From the NCBI GenBank assembly GCA_963709905.1, contig CAVPYI010000006.1, positions 148,761 to 212,760 on the forward strand: DNA of 64,000 bases, in the 5' to 3' direction. The DNA is from an uncultured Gemmatimonadales bacterium (lineage in GTDB: Bacteria; Gemmatimonadota; Gemmatimonadetes; Gemmatimonadales; GWC2-71-9). A program made the position numbers and the translations under genes. Of this stretch, positions 35,690-46,979 are shown in pieces. Each line of letters starts with the position of its first letter. Within the stretch, counting starts at the first letter, position 1. Below the pieces are notes generated by a model. The model was not told the origin of the DNA and made no database searches. It saw only the letters and a program-made list of their open reading frames with translations.

Positions 35690-38506
35690 ATGTCGTCCCC
35701 CGTTCTCCGCATCGTCAACGCCCGGCAGCACAATCTCAAGGGCGTCACGGTCGATCTTCCCCGCCGAGCGTTGATCGTCATCACCGGTCCATCCGGATCG
35801 GGCAAGAGCTCGCTCGCCTTCGACACCCTGTACGCGGAAGGGCAGCGCCGCTACATCGAGTCGCTCTCCACCTACGCCAAGCAGTTTCTCGAACGGATGC
35901 CCAAGCCGGCGGTGGACCGGCTGGAAGGCCTCGCTCCCGCCATCGCCATCGAGCAGCGCAACCCGACCGTGTCCAGCCGCTCCACGGTCGGTACCGCCAC
36001 CGAGATCTACGACTACCTCCGTCTGCTCTGGGCCCGGGTGGGCCGGCAGCAGTGCCGGCTGTGCGGCCGTCCGGTGCACCGGGACACCCCGGAGTCCGCC
36101 GCCGGTACGGTCGTCGATCAGGCCACCGGCGGCCCGCTTCAGATCACCTTCCCGCTGCCATCCACCGCCCGCCAGAGCCACGCCGCGATCGTCGAGAACC
36201 TGGCCGCCCTCGGCTTCGTCCGGGTCATCGCGGACGGCACGGTCATCCACCTCGAGGAGGCTCCGCCCGACATCGATCTCGCGAGCATCGCGGATCTGCT
36301 GGTGGTGGTCGACCGACTCTCCCTGGACCCGCCGGGCCACCGAGCCGCCGAGCCGCCGAGCCGCCTGGTCGAATCTCTCGCGACCGCATTCGCCGAGGGC
36401 GAGGGGATCGCAATCGTCCTCCAGGAGGCGGGGCGGTTCCGGTTCACGGAACGTCCCGCCTGCAGCGAGTGCGACACGCCCGCGGTGCCCATCACCCCGG
36501 CGCTGTTTTCCTTCAATAACCCGCGCGGAGCCTGTCAGGCGTGCAACGGCTTCGGCGCCATCCTCGAGTACGACGAATCCCTGGTCATCCCGGAACCTTC
36601 CCGGAGCCTCAGCGAGGGCGCCATCGATCCGTGGACCAAGCCGCGGTATGAGACCCGCCGCCGCCTGCTGCTGAACACGGCGCGCACGCTGGGCGTGGAT
36701 CCCGACCGCCCCTGGGCCCGGCTCACCGAGCGCCAGCGCCGCGAGCTGCTCCACGGCCACCATGGACGATACGTGGGGATCTTCCCGTTCCTGAAGGCGC
36801 TCGAGCAGAAGCGCTACAAGCAGTACATCCGGGTCTTCCTGCGTCAGTACCAGCTGGCCACGACCTGCCCGACGTGCGGGGGGGCGCGCCTCAACGAGGA
36901 CGCCCTGGCAGTGCGGATCGCCGGTGAGCCGATCTCGGCGCCGGCCGCGCGGCCGGTCGAGTCGCTGCACCAGTGGCTCGAACAACTGCCGCTGTCTGAT
37001 TTCGACCAGCAGGTCGCCCACCTGATCCTCGACCAGCTCCGCCAGCGCATTGCCTACCTGCGGGACGTGGGACTCGGCTACCTCACCCTCGATCGCCTCA
37101 CCCGCACCCTGTCCGGCGGCGAGGCCCAGCGGATTGCGCTCGCCAACGCGCTGGGCTCGAAGCTGGTGGACGCGTTGTACGTGCTGGATGAGCCGTCGAT
37201 CGGCCTGCACCCCCGGGACATCCACCGACTCCTCGCCCTGCTCGAGCGGCTGCGCGACAACGGCAACACCCTGGTGGTGGTGGAGCATGACCCTGCCGCG
37301 ATGCGGCGAGCCGACTTCATGCTCGAGCTGGGACCGGGAGCGGGCGAACACGGCGGACAGGTGGTGTACGCGGGATCGGTGGAGCATGCCGCCGAGTCGC
37401 TCACCGGCCAGTACCTGTCAGGCCGGAAGCGGATCGGCGTACCCAGCGTTCGGCGCTCGCTGGGACCCTGGCTCCGCGTCGAAGGAGCGACCCTCCACAA
37501 TCTCCACGACGTCAGCGTGGCGATTCCGCTCGGAACGGTGACCGCCGTCACCGGGGTCTCGGGGTCGGGAAAGAGCACGCTGGTCCACAACGTCCTGTAC
37601 CGGCAGCTCGAAACCCGGCTCAAGGGCGGACATTCCGCCAAGGAACACCTGGGCGAGACGGTCGGGACCGTTCGGAAGCTGACGGGTGTGGAGCACCTCG
37701 ACGACGTCCTGTTGATCGACCAATCCCCCATCGGACGGACACCGCGCTCGAACCCGATCACCTACGTGAAGGGATTTGACGAGATTCGTGAACTCTTCGC
37801 CGCCCAGCCCTCCGCCCGCCAGCAGAAGCTGAAAGCGCAGGCCTTCTCCTTCAACATGCCCGGAGGACGGTGTGAGACGTGCGAGGGAGCCGGCGCGGTG
37901 CTGGTCGAAATGGTCTTCCTCGCCGATGTCTACGTTCCCTGCGAGACCTGCGGCGGGACCCGGTATCGGCGCGAGGTGCTGGACGTGCGAATCCAGGGTT
38001 GCTCGATCGCCGACGTGCTGCAGTTCACCGTCGACGAGGCGATCCGGCGCTTCCGTCATCAGGCCAGGCTGGGACAGGCCCTCTGGCAGCTCCAGCAGGT
38101 CGGCCTGGGCTATCTCCGCCTCGGGCAGCCGGCCACGACGCTCTCGGGCGGGGAGGCTCAGCGACTGAAGATCGCCCGTGAACTGGCCCAGTCCGGCCGA
38201 CGGGGCGGGCGCAAGCTCTACATACTCGATGAGCCGACCACCGGGCTCCACCTCGACGACGTCCGGGTGCTGATCCAGGTCCTCGACCGGCTGGTGGACG
38301 CCGGGCACACCGCCCTCATCATCGAGCACCATCTCGACATCATCAAGCGCGCCGACTGGGTGATCGACCTCGGGCCCGAGGCCGGAGACGCGGGCGGCCG
38401 GGTCGTGGTCCAGGGAACCCCGGAAGAGGTGGCCGAGACCCCCACCTCCCACACCGGTCGCTACCTGCGGGAAGTGCTGGATCCGGCCGCCATGGTCGGC
38501 GGATGA
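35690..38506 (+). CDS. uvrA: excinuclease ABC subunit A
   Basis: ITGPSGSGKSSLAFDTLYAEGQRRY, zinc-finger Cys pairs, two ABC modules and VTGVSGSGKSTL. Confidence 0.95.
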   Translation: MSSPVLRIVNARQHNLKGVTVDLPRRALIVITGPSGSGKSSLAFDTLYAEGQRRYIESLSTYAKQFLERMPKPAVDRLEGLAPAIAIEQRNPTVSSRSTVGTATEIYDYLRLLWARVGRQQCRLCGRPVHRDTPESAAGTVVDQATGGPLQITFPLPSTARQSHAAIVENLAALGFVRVIADGTVIHLEEAPPDIDLASIADLLVVVDRLSLDPPGHRAAEPPSRLVESLATAFAEGEGIAIVLQEAGRFRFTERPACSECDTPAVPITPALFSFNNPRGACQACNGFGAILEYDESLVIPEPSRSLSEGAIDPWTKPRYETRRRLLLNTARTLGVDPDRPWARLTERQRRELLHGHHGRYVGIFPFLKALEQKRYKQYIRVFLRQYQLATTCPTCGGARLNEDALAVRIAGEPISAPAARPVESLHQWLEQLPLSDFDQQVAHLILDQLRQRIAYLRDVGLGYLTLDRLTRTLSGGEAQRIALANALGSKLVDALYVLDEPSIGLHPRDIHRLLALLERLRDNGNTLVVVEHDPAAMRRADFMLELGPGAGEHGGQVVYAGSVEHAAESLTGQYLSGRKRIGVPSVRRSLGPWLRVEGATLHNLHDVSVAIPLGTVTAVTGVSGSGKSTLVHNVLYRQLETRLKGGHSAKEHLGETVGTVRKLTGVEHLDDVLLIDQSPIGRTPRSNPITYVKGFDEIRELFAAQPSARQQKLKAQAFSFNMPGGRCETCEGAGAVLVEMVFLADVYVPCETCGGTRYRREVLDVRIQGCSIADVLQFTVDEAIRRFRHQARLGQALWQLQQVGLGYLRLGQPATTLSGGEAQRLKIARELAQSGRRGGRKLYILDEPTTGLHLDDVRVLIQVLDRLVDAGHTALIIEHHLDIIKRADWVIDLGPEAGDAGGRVVVQGTPEEVAETPTSHTGRYLREVLDPAAMVGG
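36338..36365. repeat. solo arm of the octamer array (CCGAGCCG)x3 inside uvrA
   Basis: ccaccgagccgccgagccgccgagccgcc, translated HRAAEPPSRL in the uvrA frame. Confidence 0.55.
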
Positions 38507-39372
38507 CGCACCGGCAGGCGGTGCTGGCGCTCTGGGCTACCTGCCTCATCTGGGGCGTGGCCTTTCCGCTGGCCAAAGTCGCCCTTCAGGACGCCACGCC
38601 GATGGCCTTCACGGCGGCGCGATTCCTCGTGGCGACGGCGCTGATCGCGCCGGGTCTCCGCGGCATCACTCGCGAGGAGTGGCGCTACGGCGGGGCCCTG
38701 GGCGTCCTGCTGTCGCTGGGCTTCGCCACCCAGACCGTCGGGCTCGACCTCACCACCGCCAGCCGATCGGGTTTCATCACGGCGCTGTATATCCCGTTCG
38801 TCCCGATCATCGTCCTGCTGGTCTACCGCACCCTACCCGACCGGCTGTCGGCCGCCGGGCTGGCCGTCGCCCTGGGCGGCATGGCGCTGCTCACCAGTCC
38901 GGCGGGTCTGGGGAGCGGCCTGAATCCCGGGGACGTGCTCACGCTCCTGTGCGCCCTGTGCTTCGCGGCCCACATGGTCGCGACCGGGTCCTTCGCTCGC
39001 CGGTTCCGGGTCGAGCGGCTCATGATGAGCCAGATCGCCGTTTCGGCCCTGCTCACCACCCTGGCCACCCCGGTGCTCGAGACCCCGCGCTTTTCGGCGA
39101 CACCGATGCTGCTCGGCATCGTGGCCTACGAGGCGGTCCTGGCCAGTGTGATCGCCATCCGCCTCCAGCTCGCCGCCCAGCGGGTGCTCACGCCCACCTA
39201 CACTGCCCTGGTCTACACGCTCGAGCCCGTGGTCGCCGCCCTCACGAGCCTGCTGATCACCGGGGACCGGCTCACGCCGCTGCAGTGGCTGGGCGGGCTG
39301 CTCATCGTCACCGGCAGCCTGCTCCCGGAACTCGGGCTGCGGTATGGTCGAGCAACGACCGGCCGGTCCTGA
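38503..39372 (+). CDS. DMT/EamA family transporter
   Basis: ATGA overlap with uvrA. LIWGVAFPLAKVAL... and ten predicted TM segments in two EamA repeats. Confidence 0.85.
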   Translation: MTHRQAVLALWATCLIWGVAFPLAKVALQDATPMAFTAARFLVATALIAPGLRGITREEWRYGGALGVLLSLGFATQTVGLDLTTASRSGFITALYIPFVPIIVLLVYRTLPDRLSAAGLAVALGGMALLTSPAGLGSGLNPGDVLTLLCALCFAAHMVATGSFARRFRVERLMMSQIAVSALLTTLATPVLETPRFSATPMLLGIVAYEAVLASVIAIRLQLAAQRVLTPTYTALVYTLEPVVAALTSLLITGDRLTPLQWLGGLLIVTGSLLPELGLRYGRATTGRS

Positions 39373-39466
39373 CATCCGCGCTCACGGCCTCCCCCAGACG
39401 ACCGCGGCCCGGATCCGCGGCATGCGGACCCGGGCCTGGCCATGGTGCTACCCGCCTCGTGGCTCG

Positions 39467-40573
39467 CTAGCCCAGTCGCCTGAGCGGAGGCCGATCGAGG
39501 ACGCCGGCGGATCGGAGCAGGCGACCGGCGTCCCGCAGCGCCCGTTCGGTGGTGTCCCAGTCGATGCAGGCGTCGGTGATCGACACGCCGTACGCGAGGC
39601 CCGCGGCGCCGACGCCCAGCTTCTGGCAGCCGGCGTGAAGGTGGCTCTCGAGCATCGCTCCCACGACATGCGGGCTGCCGGCCGCGACCTGGGCCAGGAC
39701 CTCGCCGAAGACCGCCGGCTGACGGGCAGCATCCTTGTTGGAGTTGCCGTGGCTGCAGTCCACCATGACGCGGGCGGGCAGCCCGCGGTCGACGCACAGG
39801 GAGGCCGCCTCGACCAGGGAGGCCGCATCGTAGTTGGTGCGGCCGCCGCCGCCGCGCAGCACGAGGTGGCGGTCGGGATTCCCGGTGGTGTGGACGATGG
39901 CGCCTCTGCCGTCGTCGTCCATGCCGAGGAAGGTGTGGGGGGTTCCCGCCGCCTGCATCGCGTCCAGCGCCACCTGCAGGTTGCCGTCGGTGGTGTTCTT
40001 GAAGCCGACCGGCATGGACAATCCGCTCGCCATCTCCCGATGGGTCTGCGATTCGGCGGTGCGCGCCCCGATGGCGGTCCATGCCACCAGGTCGGCGATG
40101 TACTGCGGCACGACGGGTCCAAGCAGCTCGGTGGCGGCCGGGAGACCGAGGCCGTTCACCTCGAGCAGCAGCCGCCGCGCCGTGCGGAGCCCGAGCATCA
40201 TGTCGCGGGTCCCGTCGAGGTGCGGGTCGTTGATCAGACCCTTCCAGCCGACCGTCGTCCGCGGCTTTTCGAAATAGACCCGCATGACGAGGCACAGCGT
40301 CTGCGATAGCTCCTCCCGCAGCGCCGCCAGCCGGCGGGCGTACTCGAGAGCGGCCCCGGGATCATGGATGGAACAGGGCCCCACGACGACCAGCAACCGG
40401 CGATCCTCGCCCGTGAGAATCCGCCGCACGGCGGTCCGCCCCTCGAGCACCGTCGAGGCGATGGCCCGGGTGATGGGCAGGTCCACCAGCACAGTGCGCG
40501 GCGGCTCGAGCGGCTCGAACCGGGTGACGCGGAGATTGCTGGTTTCCGGGACGATCGGCCTCAGTGACGACAT
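39467..40573 (-). CDS. 3-deoxy-7-phosphoheptulonate (DAHP) synthase, class I
   Basis: [31 protein letters not shown] and VDCSHGNS motifs. Confidence 0.9.
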   Translation of the reverse strand: MSSLRPIVPETSNLRVTRFEPLEPPRTVLVDLPITRAIASTVLEGRTAVRRILTGEDRRLLVVVGPCSIHDPGAALEYARRLAALREELSQTLCLVMRVYFEKPRTTVGWKGLINDPHLDGTRDMMLGLRTARRLLLEVNGLGLPAATELLGPVVPQYIADLVAWTAIGARTAESQTHREMASGLSMPVGFKNTTDGNLQVALDAMQAAGTPHTFLGMDDDGRGAIVHTTGNPDRHLVLRGGGGRTNYDAASLVEAASLCVDRGLPARVMVDCSHGNSNKDAARQPAVFGEVLAQVAAGSPHVVGAMLESHLHAGCQKLGVGAAGLAYGVSITDACIDWDTTERALRDAGRLLRSAGVLDRPPLRRLG

Positions 40574-40702
40574 CGTGGCTCCGCTGCGTGTCTTGTCGCG
40601 AGGAATAAAGATGCGCCTCCCTGTGTGGTCGCGCCAGAGGCGGTGCGGCCGTTAGCTTCGAGCCTTCGGAACGACCAACCGCATCGCGATCCCCGGTGTC
40701 GC

Positions 40703-41605
40703 ATGCCCGAATTGCCGGACATTAGGGTCTATCTCCACGCGCTCGAAGCCCGGATCCTGGGCGCGCCGCTCGAACGGGTGCGCCTCACAAGTCCGTTCGT
40801 GCTGCGGAGCGTCGCCCCGCCGCTGGCGGAGGTCGAAGGCCGGCGGGTCCGCGGGCTCGAGCGCCTCGGCAAGCGAATCGTCGTGGCGCTGGAGGACGAC
40901 TGCTTTCTGGTCGTGCACCTGATGATTGCTGGTCGGTTCCGGTGGCTCGCTCCCGGCCGCAGGCCGCCACCTCGCATCGGCCTGGCGGCCTTCGATTTTC
41001 CGGCCGGTACGCTGGCGCTGACCGAGGCCGGGAGTCGTCGTCGCGCCTCCCTGCACCTCGTCCGGGGCCGCGACGACCTGGCCCAGTTCCAGCGCGGCGG
41101 GCTCGATGTCGAGCAGGCCAGCGCACCGGAGTTCCGCGCGGCCCTCCGGCGAGAGAACCACACCCTGAAGCGAGCCCTCACCGACCCCACGCTGGTCGAC
41201 GGTATCGGCAATGCCTATTCGGACGAGATCCTGCATCGGGCCCGGTTATCCCCGCTGCAGCTCACCAGCCGCCTTGATGACGCCGAGCTCGACCGGCTCC
41301 AGGAAGCCGGCCGGACCGTGTTGCGCGAGTGGACCGCGCGGCTGCTGGCCGAGACCGGCGACCGATTCCCGGAGAAGGTCACCGCGTTCCGCCCGGGGAT
41401 GGCCGTACACGGCCGCTACCAGCAGCCCTGCCCCGCGTGCGACACCCCGATTCAGCGCATCCGCTACGCCGACAACGAGACCAACTACTGCCCTCGCTGC
41501 CAGACCGGCGGCCGGCTCCTGGCGGATCGAGCCCTGAGCCGGCTGTTGCGGGAAGACTGGCCACGCTCCCTGGAGGAACTCGAGGAACGAAAGCAGGGGC
41601 GATGA
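40703..41605 (+). CDS. Fpg/Nei family DNA glycosylase/AP lyase
   Basis: N-terminal MPELPD catalytic start, H2TH region and C-terminal zinc finger [25 protein letters not shown]. Confidence 0.85.
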   Translation: MPELPDIRVYLHALEARILGAPLERVRLTSPFVLRSVAPPLAEVEGRRVRGLERLGKRIVVALEDDCFLVVHLMIAGRFRWLAPGRRPPPRIGLAAFDFPAGTLALTEAGSRRRASLHLVRGRDDLAQFQRGGLDVEQASAPEFRAALRRENHTLKRALTDPTLVDGIGNAYSDEILHRARLSPLQLTSRLDDAELDRLQEAGRTVLREWTARLLAETGDRFPEKVTAFRPGMAVHGRYQQPCPACDTPIQRIRYADNETNYCPRCQTGGRLLADRALSRLLREDWPRSLEELEERKQGR

Positions 41606-42918
41606 CCAGCCCGACGCTGGTCCGCGCCATCGGCCGGTGGAGTCTGTTCGCGCTGTTCCTGAACGGGGTGATCGGCAGCAGCGTGTTCGGACTGCCCTCG
41701 ATCATCGCCGGGAAGCTCGGGGCCATGAGTCCACAGGCCTGGCTGGTGGCGGCCGTCGGGATCGGGACGGTGATCGCCTGTTTTGCGGAAGTGGCCTCGC
41801 GGTTCCGGGAGGCCGGCGGCCCCTATCTCTACGCCCGCGAAGCCTTCGGCAGCTTTGCCGGTATCCAGATGGGGTGGCTGAGCTACCTGGTGCGGCTCAC
41901 CGCCTCGGCAACCAATGCCAACCTGTTCGTGATCTACCTCGGCGAGCTGTGGCCCGCGGCGCAGGGCCGGGCGGCGGGAGGTCTGGTGCTGGCGGCGGTG
42001 ATCGCCCCGCTGGCCGTCGTGAACTACCGCGGCGTCCGCCACGGCGCCCGTCTCAGCAACGCGGCCCTGGCGCTCAAGCTCACACCGCTTGCCGCCTTCG
42101 TCGCGCTCGGACTCCTGCTGGCCCTGCCGCGCGAGGGCCCCGCCCTGCCACCCGGGCCAGCCGATGTCAGACCGTGGCTCGACACCATCCTGTTGCTGGT
42201 CTTCGCCTACGGGGGCTTCGAGGCCGCGCTGGTTCCGCTCGGCGAGGCCAAGGACCCGACCCGGGATGCCCCGGTCGCCCTGGGACTGACGCTGCTGGTC
42301 TGCGCCGTCCTGTATTCGCTGGTGCAGCTGGTCGTCAACGCCGCGCTTCCCGACCCCGCGGCGCACCAGCGACCGCTGGCGGCGGCAGCCCAGGTCTTCC
42401 TCGGGCCAGCCGGAGGCATCCTCATGGCGCTGGCGGCGATGATCTCGGTCTACGGCTACCTGGCCGGCGCCATGGTGAACGTGCCACGCCTCACCTGGGC
42501 CATGGCCGACCGGGGGGACTTGCCATCCTTTTTCGGCCGGGTCCATCCCCGATTTCGTACCCCCGGTGTATCGGTGGTCGTGTTCGCCATCCTGGTGTGG
42601 CTGCTCGCGGCCTCGAGCGGGTTCCTCCAGAACCTCACCCTCTCGGCGGTGTCCAGGCTGTTCACCTACGGAGCGGTGTGCGGCGCCCTCCTCATCTTCC
42701 GCGTCCGCGACAGCCGGAGTCCGGGGGGCCCCACTCCGGCAGCGGGCCTCCGGCTCCCCTACGGAGTCGCAATCTCGGTCGCCGGAGTGCTGTTCTCCGC
42801 CGTGCTCGTAACCCGGATGTCGTCGAAGGAAGTGGTGCCGCTCGCGCTCACCTTCCTGCTGGGAGCCCTCAACTGGCTCTGGATCCGCCGCCGCGCCCGA
42901 CTCCGCCTGACAGATTGA
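41602..42918 (+). CDS. APC family amino acid permease
   Basis: ATGA overlap with the preceding gene. [33 protein letters not shown]... and about 12 TM segments. Confidence 0.85.
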   Translation: MTSPTLVRAIGRWSLFALFLNGVIGSSVFGLPSIIAGKLGAMSPQAWLVAAVGIGTVIACFAEVASRFREAGGPYLYAREAFGSFAGIQMGWLSYLVRLTASATNANLFVIYLGELWPAAQGRAAGGLVLAAVIAPLAVVNYRGVRHGARLSNAALALKLTPLAAFVALGLLLALPREGPALPPGPADVRPWLDTILLLVFAYGGFEAALVPLGEAKDPTRDAPVALGLTLLVCAVLYSLVQLVVNAALPDPAAHQRPLAAAAQVFLGPAGGILMALAAMISVYGYLAGAMVNVPRLTWAMADRGDLPSFFGRVHPRFRTPGVSVVVFAILVWLLAASSGFLQNLTLSAVSRLFTYGAVCGALLIFRVRDSRSPGGPTPAAGLRLPYGVAISVAGVLFSAVLVTRMSSKEVVPLALTFLLGALNWLWIRRRARLRLTD

Positions 42919-43230
42919 GACACCGCCGCCGGGCCCGGTCACCGGCCCGTGGATCGATCCTGCTGTGTCCGACCACGAAACCGTCGTGCCCGCCCCATAC
43001 TCATCGATGATGCATCCGACCGGAGTGTCAGAAAAACATATAGTTGCTAACCGGATAGCGTCACATAATGACATTCAGATCAATCGATTAGCCATCCTAT
43101 GCCTTAGTGGCCAACATATTGACAGCCAAAGCGTCTTCCGCGGCATCTGAATTGCGCGAACCGAGCTATCCGATTGTGGGTACACCCGGAGCGATCCGGA
43201 GCCGAGACGAGGCCCACGCAGGGAGGATCG

Positions 43231-45036
43231 ATGCGCGGTCGAGCGATCCACGATGAACGCGGATTCGCACTGGAAGCGACGCTGATGCTGCTGGTTCTGC
43301 TGGCCGCGGTGCTCAGCTTCGCGGTCCTGGGGACCGTCATGGTGCAGCGAGCCGCGGGGACGGACTACCGGGCGGCCAGGACCAATTACGCCGCCGAGGC
43401 GGGGGCCGACCATGTGATGGCCCAGCTGCAGACCAACATCCAGGACGGCGTCATCACCAACGCCGAGCTGGCGGCCCTCACGACGCCCGTGCTCTCCGGG
43501 TTCAGCTACACCCTCAACGCAACCCGGGTGGGCGGAACGGTGGCGCAGCCGATCTCGAGCGGGCCGTACACCGGCCTGACCGGTCTCAATCAGCGGATCG
43601 ATATCAGCGTCGGGGCCCGGAACGGCCTGAACGACTACAGTGCGGCGGTGGTCTCGGCCAATGCGCGGTCCATTCCGCTGTTCCAGTTCGGCGTGTTCTA
43701 CGACAAGGACCTCGAGATCACCAACGGCCCGCCGATGACCTTCGCGGGCTGGGTGCACAGCAACGGCAAGATCTACCTGTCGTCGCGGAATCAGCTATTC
43801 ACCGACATGGTCACCACGGCCGACAGCCTGATCTGGCAGCGCAAGGATCAGAACCTCCGGTACTACGGGACCTGGATCAACAATTCGGCCGGCGACTCGG
43901 TCAATCTCACCTTCGACAGTCGCAACCCGGGCCCGCTGGGTTTCGCGGGAGCCAGCCAGCGCGACTTCGACGGCCGGGTCGGCTCGGCCGCCAGCGGGGT
44001 CACGCCGCTGCGGCTCCCGCTGCCCGCCGGCATGCCGGCCACCGAGCTGATCGCGCCGCGTAACGCCGGCGACTCACCGGCGCTGCAGTTGGTCAAGCTC
44101 TCCTGGCTGGCCGACTGGCAGATCATCATCGACTTGACGACGGGACTGAACAACAACGTCTGCGCCCAGATGGTCGCGACCCCGAGGCCCGGCGGCCTCG
44201 AGCAGCCCGCGATGGCCGATTGCAGCAACATCTTCAGGGGCCTGCCGAACGCCTTCCTGGAGGGCCGGGAGGACGTCCGCCCCGACCTGTTGGAGATCGA
44301 CGTGGACTCCCTCCATACCTGGGTGCAGAGCAGCCTCGGGGCCCGACGGAACGCCATCCTCTATATCACGTTTGCCGGCGCCTGCCCGGTGGCCAACACC
44401 ACCTGCGACTACCCGGCCATCCGCCTCAAAGACGCGGCCAGGCTGCAGCACCCGTGGACCATCGCGACCGACCGGCCGCTCTATATCCAGGGCAACTACA
44501 ACAGCAACGTCGCGTGGCAGCCGGCCGCCATTCTCGCGGACGCCGTCACCATCCTCTCCAATCCGGGCGCCGACTGGGTGGACGGCAACTACAGCACGGC
44601 CGCCCAGGTCAGCGCGGTGAGCGCCAAACCGCAGGTGTCCCAGGCGGTGTGGATCTACGCCGCGATCGCCGCCGGCAACTCCTCGACGCCCTGCGACTGG
44701 GCCATCACCACCTGTGTCCCGAATTTCCTCCCGCCCAACCCGCCCGCCTCGCCCGGCACCTTCAACTACGGCGGCGGCCTGGAGAACTTCCCGCGGTTCC
44801 TCGAGAACTGGGGTGGGTCGGCCACCGGCACGCGAGTGCACTACCGGGGCTCGCTGGTATCCCTGTTCGAGAGCCAGTATGCCCGGTTGCGGCGCTGGGG
44901 GTGGCGCAACTACTACGTCCCCCCGCAGCGCGACTGGCAGTTCGACATGCGCTTCCGCGATCCCACGCAGCTGCCCCCGGGCACGCCCGCGGCGGGTGAC
45001 GTGGTCCAGATCGCCTTCCGGCCGGTGTATCAGTGA
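43231..45036 (+). CDS. large PilX-N-domain (pilus assembly) protein
   Basis: GGGAGG RBS. N-terminus MRGRAIHDERGFALEATLMLLVLLAAVLSFAVLG is pilin-like. The gene context is minor pilins. Confidence 0.65.
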   Translation: MRGRAIHDERGFALEATLMLLVLLAAVLSFAVLGTVMVQRAAGTDYRAARTNYAAEAGADHVMAQLQTNIQDGVITNAELAALTTPVLSGFSYTLNATRVGGTVAQPISSGPYTGLTGLNQRIDISVGARNGLNDYSAAVVSANARSIPLFQFGVFYDKDLEITNGPPMTFAGWVHSNGKIYLSSRNQLFTDMVTTADSLIWQRKDQNLRYYGTWINNSAGDSVNLTFDSRNPGPLGFAGASQRDFDGRVGSAASGVTPLRLPLPAGMPATELIAPRNAGDSPALQLVKLSWLADWQIIIDLTTGLNNNVCAQMVATPRPGGLEQPAMADCSNIFRGLPNAFLEGREDVRPDLLEIDVDSLHTWVQSSLGARRNAILYITFAGACPVANTTCDYPAIRLKDAARLQHPWTIATDRPLYIQGNYNSNVAWQPAAILADAVTILSNPGADWVDGNYSTAAQVSAVSAKPQVSQAVWIYAAIAAGNSSTPCDWAITTCVPNFLPPNPPASPGTFNYGGGLENFPRFLENWGGSATGTRVHYRGSLVSLFESQYARLRRWGWRNYYVPPQRDWQFDMRFRDPTQLPPGTPAAGDVVQIAFRPVYQ

Positions 45037-45599
45037 GCGGCCGTGACTCAGGACGTGCCGGGTTCAGCCTGGTGGAGATGATGCTGGTCGTGGTCATGAT
45101 CGGGATGATGACCGCCTTTGCGCTGCCACGCCTTCGGCGCACGGAAACCGCCAAGGGACGGGACGCGGCCGCGCTCCTGGCCCGGGATCTCGAGGCCGTC
45201 CGGACCCGGGCCCTCAGCACCCGGGCGCGGGCCCGGGTGGTTTTCGTGCCGGGGGGCAGCCAGTATCTGGCGTATCTGGATGAGAATCGCGACGGCGTGA
45301 TTGCCCAGGACGCCACCGAGGCCGCCGCGGTCCAGGTCTTCAGGGCGCGGCAGCTGGAGCCCGGCATCGAGTTCGGGCGTGGGGCGGCACCGCCGGTGCC
45401 CGGCACGAACGGGACGGGGGCGATCACCTTGCCGGGCAGCCAGGTGGACTTCGACGCCCGGGGCCTCACCTTCCCGCTGGGGACCGCCGGCGTGGTGTAC
45501 CTGGTGTCCACCCGGGACACGACCGCGGTCGCCGCGGTGGTGGTGACTGGCGCCGCGGCGATGCGTACGTGGACTTATCTCGGAGGGACCTGGCAATGA
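45033..45599 (+). CDS. GspH/FimT-family pseudopilin (prepilin-type N-terminal methylation domain)
   Basis: GFSLVEMMLVVVMIGMM class-III signal. GTGA overlap with the upstream gene. Confidence 0.7.
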   Translation: MSGRDSGRAGFSLVEMMLVVVMIGMMTAFALPRLRRTETAKGRDAAALLARDLEAVRTRALSTRARARVVFVPGGSQYLAYLDENRDGVIAQDATEAAAVQVFRARQLEPGIEFGRGAAPPVPGTNGTGAITLPGSQVDFDARGLTFPLGTAGVVYLVSTRDTTAVAAVVVTGAAAMRTWTYLGGTWQ

Positions 45600-45976
45600 A
45601 CCCGGCGTCCGATACCCGCGGGTTCACCCTGGTCTCGGTGATCCTGGCAATCGTGCTGCTGTCCTTCGGGCTGCTGGCGATGGCCCGAACCCAGTCCCTG
45701 CTGGCCGTGGTCACCCACGACACCGGCAACCGGGGCACCGCGGTGATGCTGGCCAGCCGCTATCTGGAGGAGCTGCGCACCCGGGATCCGTGGACGCTCG
45801 CCTCGGAGCCGCCGGCGACGGTGAATGCCTCGGGTCAGGCCTCGCCGAGCGGCCCCTTCACCCGGTCAACCGTGGTCACCCTCGACAACAACAACCTCGT
45901 GCGTGTCCAGGTCGTGGTGCGGTATCCGCGCGGTACCGGCGCGATCACCATCGAGACGCTGATCTTCCGGACATGA
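45596..45976 (+). CDS. PilV-like minor pilin
   Basis: MNPASDTRGFTLVSVILAIVLLSFGLLAM. ATGA overlap. Confidence 0.6.
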   Translation: MNPASDTRGFTLVSVILAIVLLSFGLLAMARTQSLLAVVTHDTGNRGTAVMLASRYLEELRTRDPWTLASEPPATVNASGQASPSGPFTRSTVVTLDNNNLVRVQVVVRYPRGTGAITIETLIFRT

Positions 45977-46887
45977 ACGCATCCCGCCCCCGCAGGCCGG
46001 CGACCGCCGGCTTTACGCTGGTCGAGATCATGATTGCCCTGGTCATCGGGCTCGCCGTCCTCGGTGCGTCCATGTCGGTGGCCATGGCGGCGTGGCAGGG
46101 TGTCCGCGGGACCGCGCTCCGCGACGGCATCGAGCGTCGGGCGCGATTCCTCGGGGTCAGCCTGCAACGGGACGTGCAGGAGGTGGGGGTAGACCTCGAC
46201 TCGGACCCGGTCAACGGATCGCTCATCGCGGCGGCGGACACCGCCATCTTTCTGCGGGTGCCGTACAGCCCGAACCCGGCGCCCGCGTACCCGTTGAGCC
46301 TGGTGAACTTCGCCAACGGGCAGTGCGGCTCCACCTGCCTCGAGTTCGTGCGCGACACCGCGGCGTTGCAGCTCGCCGCCGGCGACCTGGCCCGGGTGCA
46401 GTCGGGCACGGCCCGGCGGCTCATCGTCGTCACCAGCGTGACCCCGCTCTCCGCCACCACGGCCCAGGTGCGGTTCGCCAATCTGGGCTCCCTCCTGCAC
46501 CAGGCGGGCGGCATCGCCAGCCTGGCAACCGGGAATGGCACCTTCGTTCAGCGGCTGGCCATGGTGGCCTACTGGCGGCAGGGTACCACGCTGACGCGGG
46601 CCGAAGGGGTGAGCGCCACCGGCGCGCTGCTGGGCAACGCCCTGGCCGAAGGCGTGTCCGCGTTCAGCGTCGCGCTGGTTTTCACGGACCGGGATACCTT
46701 GCCGAGCGCCAACGGATCCGACAGCGATCCTACCAACGACTACAACCTCATCGCCGGCATCCGCTTCAGAGCCACGCTCGAGGCCGACCGGCCCGATCCG
46801 CGAATCAACGGCGGCGCCCTGCTCAGCCAGCAGCGGGAGTGGTACTACGTCCCGCGTAACCTGGTCTACCAGCGCAATCACTTCTGA
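45973..46887 (+). CDS. PilW-like minor pilin
   Basis: MNASRPRRPATAGFTLVEIMIALVIGLAVLG. ATGA overlap. Confidence 0.6.
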   Translation: MNASRPRRPATAGFTLVEIMIALVIGLAVLGASMSVAMAAWQGVRGTALRDGIERRARFLGVSLQRDVQEVGVDLDSDPVNGSLIAAADTAIFLRVPYSPNPAPAYPLSLVNFANGQCGSTCLEFVRDTAALQLAAGDLARVQSGTARRLIVVTSVTPLSATTAQVRFANLGSLLHQAGGIASLATGNGTFVQRLAMVAYWRQGTTLTRAEGVSATGALLGNALAEGVSAFSVALVFTDRDTLPSANGSDSDPTNDYNLIAGIRFRATLEADRPDPRINGGALLSQQREWYYVPRNLVYQRNHF

Positions 46888-46979
46888 GCCGGGGCGACGG
46901 CGCCGGTAGCGTGAGTAGACCCGCTCGTGGACTTCGTCCCACCCGGCCTGACCAGAACCGCCCCGACCCCCCCAACACA

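Noticed and set aside
34571-37387. N-terminal two-thirds of the 1579-aa minus-strand ORF 32648..37387
   Set aside because: Only the last 640 codons (from MAELDPF, 34570) are a real ABC exporter. Upstream it runs out of frame through the flippase-like gene and antisense through uvrA.
40574-40702. Possible attenuator or leader upstream of the DAHP synthase gene
   Set aside because: No leader peptide with aromatic codons and no alternative hairpins could be discerned by eye.
43108-43123. Sigma-54-like TGGCCAacataTTGAC upstream of the pilin cluster, and the similar TGGCACaggtcTTGAC on the minus strand at 52902-52917
   Set aside because: The essential -12 GC is replaced by GA. The shared TTGACA is more simply read as a sigma-70-type -35 box, and no convincing -10 was found.
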